A stretch of 64,000 nt of DNA from an uncultured bacterium (lineage in GTDB: Bacteria; Patescibacteriota; Minisyncoccia; Phycocordibacterales; PALSA-1337). The notes under the pieces are model-generated. The model was given only the letters and a program-made list of their open reading frames with translations. It ran no database searches and was not told the origin of the DNA. Made by a program: the position numbers and the translations under genes. Every line of letters begins with the position of its first letter. The first letter of the stretch is position 1. The stretch covers positions 36,849 through 100,848 of the forward strand of contig OY969557.1 of the NCBI GenBank assembly GCA_963701025.1, given 5' to 3'. Of the stretch, positions 10,012 to 20,317 are shown in pieces.

Positions 10012-10340
10012 AGAGGATTGTGGTGCGGGCGACTAAGAAGTAAGGTACCAGTGGCAAGTTCATTTTGGTTACTTTCCAAAAGTGTCAAGAAAGTTGTCAC
10101 TTTTAATGAGTAAAGGGTATGGGATATCTATGATCGGACCCCCCGTTTTCAAAACCGTATATCTATACGGAATACACACTGCACCCCACGATTCATAGCA
10201 GTTGATATGATGTTTTATGTCCTGAATCGTATGGTTATACGGATTTGAGAATAGGATGTCGGAGAGAGAGGTGTCCCGTCTCGCCGGATAAAAAAGCCGC
10301 TTTCTTGTCAAGGCTCCTTAAATCTGCTATATTGCCCCCA

Positions 10341-10789
10341 GCTGTACCAGACGACCGCGCCGCGCCTTTTTGGAGCCTAAAAAATTTCGGCTTCGAAAAG
10401 GCGCGGTGAGGAAAGTCCGAACACCGGCTTTGTGGGGACATCAAAGCGATCGCTCCCATAAAGCAGACGAGTAGCAGGTAACGCCTGTCAGGGTAACGCC
10501 CAGAGGTGCGAACAGTGACGCCCGAGCCGAAAGGCGGAGGCTCCGCGATATTCGCCGGTCGAAAGGCTGGCGGATGAGGCGGATGAATTCCTTGGCGACA
10601 GGGAAGTGCAACGGCAAAATCCTTACTTCGGTGCAAGACCGCGTCCCGCGAGGCCCTCAAAAGCCGAACGGGAAGAGTCGCTCGAGGTCGGCAGTGATGC
10701 CGATCCCAGATATATGGTTGTCCCGTCCGTTCGCCCTTCGCCGCTTGGCGGAGGCGGATGGATAGACAGAATTCGGCTTACGGTACGGC
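10341..10789 (+). ncRNA. rnpB: RNase P RNA (type A-like, with extended helices)
   Basis: P1 GCTGTACC/GGTACGGC, GAGGAAAGTCCGAACAC, GGTGCAAG, ACAGAATTCGGCTTA. Confidence 0.95.
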
Positions 10790-10798
10790 CAGGAGATC

Positions 10799-10840
10799 CC
10801 CGTTTCGTTCCCGTCATTTTGACGGCGGACGAGCGGGGAT
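10799..10840 (+). terminator. Hairpin downstream of rnpB
   Basis: CCCGTTTCGTTCCCGTCA-TTT-TGACGGCGGACGAGCGGGG stem-loop. Confidence 0.5.
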
Positions 10841-10907
10841 TTCCGTTGGCGCTTGCCGAGCGGTTTGCTATACTTACAGGGCATTTTACCAGCACTAATT
10901 TTCCCAC

Positions 10908-13340
10908 ATGCCCATGAACCCAGAGTCCTCATCGAGTCGCGAACTTTCAAGGATCGAGGCATGGGCCTATCGCGTCCTCGTTGCCGCCGTATTCCTGGTC
11001 CCGCTCGCATTCCTGCCGACTAACTATGTCTCTCTTGATTTGGTAAAGACGGTCATCATCGTTCTTGCCGTTGCCGCTTCGGCTGTCCTCTATGTTTTCG
11101 TCGCTTGGAAGGAGAAGGCGGCCGTACTGCCGCCTCGCGCCATCCTCTGGTCGTCTGCGGCGATCATCGTCTCGGTCGTGGCGTCCGCGCTCGCCGTCCA
11201 TCCGATCTCGAAGTCGTTCTTCGGCCAAGGGTTCGAGACCGACACGGTCGGCTTCATTCTCGTCCTCTTCGGTGCTCTCTGCGTCTCCTATACGGCGATC
11301 GTCCGTCGCCCGGAGCACGCCGTCGGCCTTTATGCCGCCGTCGTCGCGTCTTTTTTCGTACTTGAAATATTCCACGCTCTGCGCTTCATCTTTGGCCAAG
11401 GTTTCGCTTCGCTAGGCATACTCTCATCTGTGACCGCGACTGCATTGGGAAGCTGGTATTCCATAGGAGACTACGCTCTTATCGTGTTCATCATCGTTAT
11501 CACTGCCCTTACTCTCCTGCCTCTGTCGCGCGTCATGAAGATAGTCTATGGTCTTGTCGCTCTCGCTGCTTTTGTCGGGGTGTTTTTCGTCAATGATATG
11601 CGCGCATGGGCTGTTGCCGCCGTGGTATTTTTGGGCTTTGCTCTCTGTGCCACTTTTTCTCGGCCTAGCCCAGAACCTGATCGTGCCAAAAGTGATCAAT
11701 CAGGAAAGAGCATGTCTATTGTCCGCGTCTGGCTCATTCGGATTGCCTGGTTGCCGTTCGTGGCCTTCATCGTCTGTGCGGGCTTTGCCTGGAAGGGAAG
11801 CGTTATTGCCAGCCCAGCCATCGGCGCGATCGGCGCTAACTATTCGGAAGCGCAGTTGCCGTGGCAGCAGACTCTCGACGTCGGGGCCGGAGCGATCAAA
11901 GATTCACCGATCCTTGGGGCCGGGCCCAACCGATTCACCCAAGCCTATATCGCCCACAAGCCGGCCGAGGTCAATGCGACCGACGCCTGGAGCGTTGAGT
12001 TCAGCTCCGGCTCCGGCTTCATACCGACCCTCTTCGTCACGGAAGGACTCTTTGGCATCGTCGCCTGGATCGTCTTCCTGGTCTTCCTCGGCATCGTCGG
12101 TGCCCGTGCATTGCGCTACGTCGGCCGGCGGACCGCCGATCCCCGTGAGCGTTTCATCCTTATCTCTTCCTATGCCGTCTCGGTCTTCCTTTGGCTTATG
12201 CTCATAGTCTCGGTCCAGCCTCACGCGCTCATCTTTCTCACATTCGTAGTCATGGGCGTTTTTCTAGGTTCGTCGGTTTCATTCGGCGCCGCTTCAGGAT
12301 GGGTGATTCCGTTCGAGGCAGGAAGGCGCGCCAGGATCTCTCCTTACGCTCTCGGGCTTGTCGTCTTTCTAGCCGCGGCGGTTTCAGTGATCTATATCAA
12401 GGATGCCGTAGCTCTCGCGTATTTCGGCGCTGGCATCAGAGAGTTGAACGTTTCGTCTGATGCCCCGGCCGCCGATGCCGACTTTTCCCGGGCGCTTGCT
12501 CTCCATGATTCAGATATCTTCTGGCAGGCGCGCGCCGAAGCCGGCATATCCGCTGCGCAGAAAGTAATATCTTCGGTTACGCCGTCGTCGCCGGCTTCGA
12601 CCACGCAGGCCGCCGCGACCGCGGTCGCGGCGATCATCAATCGATCTCTCGGCTATGCGGAAAAAGCCGTGGCCTACGATCCGTCGTATTATTCCAATTA
12701 CCTTTCCGAAGCTCGCGTATCGGCCCAGGCCGCTAGCGTCGGCATGACAGGTGCGTACGACACCGCCGTCGCCGCCTACACCCAAGCCTCGCGTCTCGAT
12801 CCGGGGAACCCGTCCATATATCTCTCTCTGGCGCAACTCCAAGCGCAGATGAATAAGCTTCCTGACGCTCTTCAGACGCTAGGTTCCGCCCTTCAGGTCA
12901 AGAACAATTACCTCGACGCCATATATCTCCTGTCGCAGGTCGAGGCGGCTCAAGGCAACTTGAAAGACGCCATAACCGCCGCCGGAGTGGCCATACAGAT
13001 CAACCCGCAAAACCCTCTTCTCTTTTTCCAGCTCGGCCTTCTGGAATACAATAACGCCGCCTATAGTGACGCTGTTGCCGCGCTCGAAAAAGCAGTCGCC
13101 CTCGAGTCAGATTACGCCAATGCGCGCTACTTCCTGGCCCTCTCCTACGCCCGTTTGGGCAGGACCGCCGACGCCCTCACCCAGTTCAACCAACTGGCCG
13201 TCTCCAATCCCGGCAACCAGACGGTCCAGTCCGCCATAACTGCTCTCAAGTCTGGCAAGTCCATATTCGCTCCTGCTACGGCTTCCGCTGCCGCCGCGGC
13301 CAAAAATCCCCAGCTTCCTCTCAAGGAAAAGAGCCAATAG
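10908..13340 (+). CDS. Polytopic membrane protein (O-antigen ligase-like) with C-terminal TPR repeats
   Basis: Many TM segments, PILGAGPNRF loop, TPR repeats (YANARYFLALSY). Confidence 0.8.
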   Translation: MPMNPESSSSRELSRIEAWAYRVLVAAVFLVPLAFLPTNYVSLDLVKTVIIVLAVAASAVLYVFVAWKEKAAVLPPRAILWSSAAIIVSVVASALAVHPISKSFFGQGFETDTVGFILVLFGALCVSYTAIVRRPEHAVGLYAAVVASFFVLEIFHALRFIFGQGFASLGILSSVTATALGSWYSIGDYALIVFIIVITALTLLPLSRVMKIVYGLVALAAFVGVFFVNDMRAWAVAAVVFLGFALCATFSRPSPEPDRAKSDQSGKSMSIVRVWLIRIAWLPFVAFIVCAGFAWKGSVIASPAIGAIGANYSEAQLPWQQTLDVGAGAIKDSPILGAGPNRFTQAYIAHKPAEVNATDAWSVEFSSGSGFIPTLFVTEGLFGIVAWIVFLVFLGIVGARALRYVGRRTADPRERFILISSYAVSVFLWLMLIVSVQPHALIFLTFVVMGVFLGSSVSFGAASGWVIPFEAGRRARISPYALGLVVFLAAAVSVIYIKDAVALAYFGAGIRELNVSSDAPAADADFSRALALHDSDIFWQARAEAGISAAQKVISSVTPSSPASTTQAAATAVAAIINRSLGYAEKAVAYDPSYYSNYLSEARVSAQAASVGMTGAYDTAVAAYTQASRLDPGNPSIYLSLAQLQAQMNKLPDALQTLGSALQVKNNYLDAIYLLSQVEAAQGNLKDAITAAGVAIQINPQNPLLFFQLGLLEYNNAAYSDAVAALEKAVALESDYANARYFLALSYARLGRTADALTQFNQLAVSNPGNQTVQSAITALKSGKSIFAPATASAAAAAKNPQLPLKEKSQ

Positions 13341-13360
13341 CCACAGCGTCACCCGTATAC

Positions 13361-15038
13361 ATGGTCAAGAAATGGTTCTCATTCATCGGCAAGGAAATAC
13401 GCGGTCTTCATGAGGCCGCGTATCTTCTGGCGATTTTCGCCCTCCTTTCCCAACTTCTCGGCCTCGTCCGGGACAAGCTCTTGGCTTTCACTTTCGGCGC
13501 CGGACACAGTCTCGATATCTACTACGCGGCGTTCCGGATACCTGATCTCATATTCGCCTCGGTCGGCTCTCTGGTCTCCGCTTCCATTCTCCTTCCGTAT
13601 TTCATCGAGCGCTTCGGACGGAATTCAGAAGAGGGCCGAGCCTTTTCCGACGCCATATTCACCATATTCTTCGGCCTGATGATCGTCGTCTCGGTCATCA
13701 TGTTCGCCATCGCCCCGTGGCTCATCCCCCGTGTCATACCCGGCTTCGCCCACGACCCGTCCCTGCCGGACCTCATCTTCTCCATGCGCATCATGCTCCT
13801 GTCGCCATTCTTCCTCTCCCTTTCCAATCTCTTCTCCAGCCTGACCCAGATGAGACATCGCTTCCTGGTCTACGCGGCGTCGCCGGCTCTCTATAACATC
13901 GGCATCATCGCCGGTACGCTCCTCATATATCCTCTGCTCGGCGTCCGCGGCTTGGCCATCGGCGTGGCCATCGGCGCCTTCCTCCACATGGGCATACAGA
14001 TGCCGTTCCTCTCCGGCGAGAAGCTCATGCCGCGCTTCACTCGCGCCATCGATTGGCCGCACGTGAAGGCCGTCCTCTACTCGGCTCTTCCGCGCACGGT
14101 CACCCTGTCGGCCAACCAGATCGCCTCTTTCGTCCTCGTCTCGCTGGCTTCGCTCATGACGGCCGGCTCCATCTCCATATTCAATTTCGCTTTCAATCTC
14201 CAATCGGTGCCCTTGACCATCATCGGCGCCAGTTATTCGTCCGCCGTCTTTCCGACATTGTCTCGCCTGTATTTCGATAAGAACATAAAGGAGTATCCTG
14301 GAGAAGATGATCGCATCGGCCAGGCACATCATCTTCTGGTCCATGCCCATCATGGTGCTCTTCATCGTCCTGCGCGCCCAGATCGTCCGCACGGTCTTGG
14401 GCGCCGGTAAGTTCGATTGGGCCGATACCCGGCTCACCGCCGCCATGCTGGCTCTCTTCACCATCTCGACCATCGGCCAGAGCCTGATCGTGCTTTTCGT
14501 CCGTGCCTTTTACGCCGAGGGCAAGACCAGCAAGCCGCTCCTCATCAACGCCATTTCCGCGACGCTCATCGTCGTCTCCGGTTTTGGATTCATACGTCTT
14601 TTCCAGATGTACCCGATATTCCAATATTTCATCGAAAATCTCCTCAAGGTCGATGGCCAGACCGGCACCATCGTGCTCACGCTGGCTCTGGCATATTCGC
14701 TCGGCGTCATCGTCAACACGGTCCTGCATTGGTGGACGTTCGCTCGGACGTATCCCGGATTTACCAAACCGGTCATGTCGACCCTGTTCCACAGCTTTGC
14801 CGCCTCGGTCATCATGGGCTATGCCGCGTTCCAGGGCTTGCGCCTGTTCTCCTTCTTCCCGCAGGAGAAGGTCTGGGGCATATTCATGCAGGGCTTCTGC
14901 GCCGGGCTGTCAGGACTCATTATCGGCGTCGCCGTCCTCATCCTGCTCAAGAACAAGGAGCTCGCCGAAGTCTGGCGCACTCTCCATCACAAGATATGGA
15001 AAGCCAATGTGCCGCCGGCGGAGGTGGAGCATTTGTAG
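13361..15038 (+). CDS. murJ: Lipid II flippase MurJ, split by one frameshift near 14295
   Basis: LGLVRDKLLA, YYAAFRIPD and FPTLS in ORF 13361-14410; continues LRAQIVRTVLGAGKF, RAFYA in ORF 14307-15038. Confidence 0.88.
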
Positions 15039-15428
15039 GGAAGCGCGCGTAAATCCTCAGAGATTTCTGTCGATATAATGCGTGGCTTTTTGATACATCC
15101 ATTTCGTGCGCTTTTCCGTGGTCGATCTTCGGGCAATTTTTCTCTTTTCGAATTTCTTCAGGATATAAAGCGTCGTTGTCCTTGGAAGTTTTGCTTGCCG
15201 AGCTACGACAGAGACATCTGCATATAAGGACTGTCAATCAAATAGGCGGCACTTGCAAATGATGCTTAGGGGCGGGGGAGAGGACATGTATTTTGCTCAC
15301 CCAGTGAAAGTGTCAAAAAAGTTGACACTTTGCGGGAAATACACAAACCCAACACCCTACCCCCGTCTAGTTTATATGGCCTAAATACTTTTTGTAAATC
15401 AGCCTGAATACTGCTATATTCACTGCAC

Positions 15429-17288
15429 ATGACCCCCTCCCATATCCGCAACTTCAGCATCATCGCCCACATAGACCACGGCAAGTCCACTCTTGCCGAC
15501 CGCTTGCTTGAGATCACGGGAACGATCGAAAAACGGAAGATGCAGGAGCAAGTGCTCGATAGCATGGAATTGGAAAGGGAACGGGGCATCACCATCAAGC
15601 TTCAACCGGTGCGTATGATGTGGCGGCCCGGCGGGACGGACAAGACCGGAACAAAAGGCGATGAATACATGCTTAATCTGATCGACACACCCGGCCACAT
15701 CGATTTCTCATATGAAGTTTCGCGCGCGCTCAAGGCCGTCGAAGGATCTCTATCTTCTAGTCGATGCCACGCAGGGCGTCCAGGCCCAGACCCTGACTAC
15801 TTTGAATATGGCCAGGGAAGTCGGGACTTGCCATAATTCCCGTCGTCTCCAAGATAGATTCGCCGTTGGCGCGCACCGATGAAGTGGTAAAAGAAGTCAG
15901 CCAGCTCCTCGACTGCGCCGAATCTGACGTCGTTAAAGTCTCTGGTAAGACCGGCGAAGGCGTCGAGCATCTTCTAGACGAGATCATCAGAAGGATTCCC
16001 GCGCCTCAAAGTCCTCCACCCTCTATCCTCCACCCTCTATCCTCCACCCTCCACCCTCCACCCTCTACTTTCCGCTCCCTCATCTTCGACTTCCAATACT
16101 CCAACCACATTGGCGTCATCGTCTATGTCCGTGTCATGACCGGTTCGGTCAAGCGCCACGACAAGCTTGTATTCAAAGTATCCGGAAGGGAATTCGAGGC
16201 CATCGAAGTCGGCATATTCAAGCCTGACGAAACAGTCGCCGAGTCGCTCTCCGCCGGCGAGATAGGCTACATCGTCACCGGGATAAAAGAGCCGGGCATC
16301 GCCTCGGTCGGAGACACCATAGCTTCGGTCAAGGACACCTTGCCGCCGCTACCAGGCTATCAGACGCCGCGGCCGGTCGTTTGGGCCTCGCTCTATCCGG
16401 AATCGCAGGACGATCTGCCGCTCCTGCGCCAGGCCTTGAGCCGGCTCAGGCTGTCCGATTCGTCCTTCACCTATGAAGAAGAGGCTTCCGGCACCCTCGG
16501 CAAAGGCTATCGTTGCGGCTTCCTCGGCATGCTCCACCTCGAGATAGTGACCGAGCGCCTGCGCCGGGAATATCACATCGAGCTCGTCATCACCATGCCG
16601 ACCATCACTTATGCGGTCGAGCTCAAGAATGGCAAGAGATCAATCGTGTATTCGCCGTCACTGTTTCCTGACGAGAATGAAGTGCAAAAGTCTCCGAACC
16701 GATAATGACCATGAAGATAATCACGCCGCCGCAATATCTCGGTGGCCTGATGAAGCTCATATACGACCATGAAGGAGAGATACTCTCCACCGATAATTTC
16801 GGCGACAATCGGACTCTCCTCACGCTGCAGATGCCCTTGCGCGAGCTCATGCGCAATTTCTTCGACGAAGTCAAGAGCGTCTCATCCGGCTATGCTTCGA
16901 TATCCTACGACATCACCGAGAGCGGACCGGCCGACGTCGTGCGCATGGATATCCTGGTCGCCGACGAGCCGGTGGCGGCATTTGCCCGCATAGTCTCGCG
17001 CCGCCGAGCAGAGGAAGAAGCCGAGAAGCCGTCGAGCGTCTCTACGACATCATGCCGCGCGAGCTCTTCACCTATAAGATCCAGGCCAAAGCTCTCGGCC
17101 GCATCATATCCTCGCGCACGATATCCGGCAAGAAGAAAGACGCCGCCGCCACGCTCTCCGGAGGCGATATCACCCGCAAGATGAAATTGCGCGAGAAGCA
17201 AAAAGAGGGCAGGAAGCGCCTCAAGGAGCACGGCTCGGTCATCATCCCGCAGGAAGTCTTCGTAAAGATGATGCGGTCGGGGGAATGA
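15429..17288 (+). CDS. lepA: Elongation factor 4 (LepA), three frameshifts (~15750, ~16690, ~17030)
   Basis: [54 protein letters not shown], spread over four ORFs. Confidence 0.92.
16013..16070 (+). repeat. Degenerate heptamer tandem repeat (CCTCCAC/CCTCTAT) inside lepA
   Basis: cctccac cctctat cctccac cctctat cctccac cctccac cctccac cctctac. Confidence 0.9.
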
Positions 17289-17291
17289 TCC

Positions 17292-17406
17292 TTATCTCTG
17301 CCATAAAGCAGGGAAATAGAGCATGATCATGCTCACGATGACCAGGATGCCGATGAACGATGAAGCCGACCCCGGCGATCTTGCGGGTTTTTTCGTGAAA
17401 TAGCAT
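17292..17406 (-). CDS. Small single-TM protein with a one-base frameshift
   Basis: MLFHEKTRKIAGVGFIV joined to IGILVIVSMIMLYFPALWQR in the next frame. Confidence 0.5.
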
Positions 17407-17430
17407 AGTCCGTGTAGTATACTGTGAAGC

Positions 17431-17814
17431 ATGGCATACGGCAACCGCTCTCCCTGGAAAAGATTCATATATTCGCCGGCTGGCATCCTTATCGGCTGTA
17501 TCGGCCTCTTCATTCTCGTGCGCGCCGCCTGGAATATCCATGAGAAAGCGGCGGCCGCCGGAGAGCGCCTGGCGCAGGCCCAATCGGAGCTTTCGAGTCT
17601 CGAACAACAAAAGAAATCGCTCTCGGATTCCATCGCCTATCTTTCCACCCCCGCCGGCGTCGAAGCCACCCTTCGCGACAAATATCATGCCGTCAAGCAA
17701 GGGGAATCGGTAGCCGTCATCGTGGATGATTCGTCCGGCGACGCTTCTTCCACAGCTTCGTCGACCACATCGGAATCATGGTGGGGCAGGTTCTTGGGCT
17801 TCCTCGGCTTTTGA
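17431..17814 (+). CDS. Septum formation initiator (FtsB/DivIC-like)
   Basis: TM helix, coiled coil, GVEATLRDKYHAVKQGE. Confidence 0.75.
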   Translation: MAYGNRSPWKRFIYSPAGILIGCIGLFILVRAAWNIHEKAAAAGERLAQAQSELSSLEQQKKSLSDSIAYLSTPAGVEATLRDKYHAVKQGESVAVIVDDSSGDASSTASSTTSESWWGRFLGFLGF

Positions 17815-17853
17815 TACTTCATATCCTCATACTATATACTTCATACGTTCCCT

Positions 17854-17924
17854 GCGGGTATGGTTTAGTGGCAGAACGCGACCTTCCCAAGGTTGAGACG
17901 CGAGTTCGATTCTCGCTACCCGCA
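17854..17924 (+). tRNA. tRNA-Gly(CCC)
   Basis: Cloverleaf; anticodon arm CGACC-TTCCCAA-GGTTG; T loop GTTCGAT. Confidence 0.95.
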
Positions 17925-17983
17925 CAGCAACCCTCACAGCAAAAAACCGCCGGGGAACCCCGGGAGAAATTCACTGACTGATA

Positions 17984-18220
17984 TCACTTGATCCCCAACG
18001 TCGAGCGGAGCTTGGCCTCATCGAAGCCGACGACGATCTCGCCGCCGATGTCGATGACGGGCACGCCCATCTGGCCGGTCTTGTCGATCATCTCCTTGCG
18101 CTTCTCCAGGTCGGACGCGACATTGTACTCCGTGTACCCAACCGAGTTGGCCTTGAAGAAAGACTTGGCCATGTTGCAGTAGACGCACGTAGGGGTGGAA
18201 TAAATGGTGACGTTTTTCAT
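17984..18220 (-). CDS. Glutaredoxin-like protein (NrdH/YruB)
   Basis: YSTPTCVYC, GQMGVPVI, VVGFD. Confidence 0.92.
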   Translation of the reverse strand: MKNVTIYSTPTCVYCNMAKSFFKANSVGYTEYNVASDLEKRKEMIDKTGQMGVPVIDIGGEIVVGFDEAKLRSTLGIK

Positions 18221-18257
18221 AGAGCCATAGTATATCACATGGTATAATCCAAGTTCA

Positions 18258-19541
18258 ATGCACTATACGGCCCTTATCCACATTTTTTCCTATTTTACGG
18301 ATAATCTAGCCGGTTGGATCGCCGCCGGAGGCTATCCGCTCCTCTTTCTCACCGTCGTATTGGAAGGCCTGCCGCTCATCGGCACGGCCGTACCGGGCCA
18401 TGTCACGGTATTCATCGCCGGATTCCTGGCCAAGATCGGCATTCTGAACCTGTGGTGGGTGCTCGTCATCGCCGTTGTCGCCGCCATCCTTGGGGATTCC
18501 ATCGGCTTCTTCCTCGGCCGGAGATATGGACTGTCGCTCATCGACCGCTTGAAGCCATTTTTTTTCATAACTGACGAACATATATCCAAAGCCCAAGGCT
18601 TGCTCGCCAAGCATACCGGCAAGTCCATGATCATCGGCAGGATGAATCCGGTCACGCGCTCTCTTATGCCGTTCCTCGTGGGAACTGGCGGAACGTCCGT
18701 CGGAAAATTCTGGTTCTTCAATATCATCGGCGGCGCGCTTTGGGCCGGAAGCTCGGTCGCCATAGGTTACGCTCTCGGTTTCGGCTATCACGCCGCCGCC
18801 GGCTACTTCGGCCGGGCTATCGTCATATCCGTCATCGCCGCGGCCATCATCATCTGGGGCTATCGCTTCGTCAACATGCGCTTCCATATATTCCGCCGCT
18901 ATGAACTCTTTGCCCTCATTCTCAATCTGCTCTCGCTCTGGGCTCTGGCCGAGATGATCAGGGATGCTTTGTCCCCGACACCTTTCATGGCGGGTTTCGA
19001 TCTCTGGGTCAATGGATATATGGCTTCGCATGTGGGACCGTTCACAGCCGGGTTGGCGAATGCCGTGACTACCATAGGCGGGACCGTCGTGACCGGTGGC
19101 GTCGGGCTTTTGCTGGCCGTGGTCTTCGCCGTCCGTGAAAGGTGGCGTTCGGCGGCTGTCATGTTCGTGTCCGTCTGCTCCGCGAGCATCATCGTCGCTT
19201 TCCTGAAAGAATTCTTCATGCGCGTCCGTCCGTCGTATGGTCTCATCCCCGTAGACCCGACCGACTGGAGCTTTCCCTCCGGCCACGCCGCATTGGCCGC
19301 CGCGTTCTTCGTCGTTCTAGCCTACCTCTTCGCCCCCAAGCTGAAAAAATGGGTCACGCGCGAGCTCTTCATCGTGGCGTGCGTCATCGCTATTCTCGCC
19401 ATCGGCCTGTCGCGCGTCATATTGAACGTGCACTGGGCTTCGGATGTCATCGCCGGCTGGTCCCTCGGTGTATTTTGCGCTACCGCTTCAATCCTTTTGG
19501 TCAGGTATGTCGGGGCGTTGGTGAGGGGGAGGGGGAGGTGA
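18258..19541 (+). CDS. DedA-PAP2 phosphatase fusion
   Basis: DedA (LEG..PG, GDSIGFFLGR) plus PAP2 (K...RVRP, SFPSGHA, SRVILNVHWASDV). Confidence 0.9.
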   Translation: MHYTALIHIFSYFTDNLAGWIAAGGYPLLFLTVVLEGLPLIGTAVPGHVTVFIAGFLAKIGILNLWWVLVIAVVAAILGDSIGFFLGRRYGLSLIDRLKPFFFITDEHISKAQGLLAKHTGKSMIIGRMNPVTRSLMPFLVGTGGTSVGKFWFFNIIGGALWAGSSVAIGYALGFGYHAAAGYFGRAIVISVIAAAIIIWGYRFVNMRFHIFRRYELFALILNLLSLWALAEMIRDALSPTPFMAGFDLWVNGYMASHVGPFTAGLANAVTTIGGTVVTGGVGLLLAVVFAVRERWRSAAVMFVSVCSASIIVAFLKEFFMRVRPSYGLIPVDPTDWSFPSGHAALAAAFFVVLAYLFAPKLKKWVTRELFIVACVIAILAIGLSRVILNVHWASDVIAGWSLGVFCATASILLVRYVGALVRGRGR

Positions 19542-19555
19542 GGATTATTTCTTCC

Positions 19556-20153
19556 ATGAAAGATTCTATTGTTTTTCGCAGGAAATCATTTGGTAAACTC
19601 GCCAGGGATTATCAGAAGTATAGGAGGCCTTACGATCCGCGTTTGTACAAACGGTTCTTTTCTATCTTGAAAAATTCCAAGACTTCTCTTCGAATTCTTG
19701 ATATCGGTTGCTGGTACGGCTTTTCATTGGTTTGCGACAAAAGAGGCATTTCTCGAGATGTCCAGAGTTATGAGGTCGGGAGCCATATTCATGGTCTTTT
19801 GGAAAGGTCCGACCAATATAACCTATAAAGGAGAGATCGTCGGGAGAGAAATCTATTGTAAATATAAATGCACCTCTGTGATTAAACTGTGGCGGAATGT
19901 TGAGAGAACCAAAAGATTATTTGTCAGTGGTGGTTTCAGGTGGTTTAAGACGTTTACAATGTATGAGTTCCAAAGGGACACTATTGATGATTTGATTGGT
20001 GGACACAGGACTAATTCAAAATACGCCGCGTTGGATGCCGTGAATCGTAAGAAATTTCTTCAGGAAATATCTGCTGCTTATAAGGTAGCGCTTGGTGATA
20101 AAAAATATTTTATTACCAAGAGAGAAACTACGGCGTGTTATGCCTTTAAATAA
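19556..20153 (+). pseudogene. Class I SAM methyltransferase with internal deletion and frameshift
   Basis: YQKYRRPY...ILDIGC is joined out of frame to AGTAFHWF; the usual intervening segment is missing. Confidence 0.7.
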
Positions 20154-20194
20154 GCGATTTTCTCATGTTCGGCTGGAGGCATCTTTTTCGGAAC

Positions 20195-20236
20195 CCCCAT
20201 TTTCAAATCTTGCCATGGCAAGATTTGAAAATGGGG
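20195..20236. repeat. Perfect 42-bp palindrome
   Basis: CCCCATTTTCAAATCTTGCCA|TGGCAAGATTTGAAAATGGGG. Confidence 0.95.
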
Positions 20237-20276
20237 TATGGTAGGGATATACCCCTCCTCTGTCTTAACAAGGCAA

Positions 20277-20308
20277 AATTTCCCCCTAGCTGTAGCTAGG
20301 GGGAAATT
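20277..20308. repeat. Palindrome with 15-bp arms and 2-nt spacer
   Basis: AATTTCCCCCTAGCT-GT-AGCTAGGGGGAAATT. Confidence 0.9.
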
Positions 20309-20317
20309 CGTCCCGAT

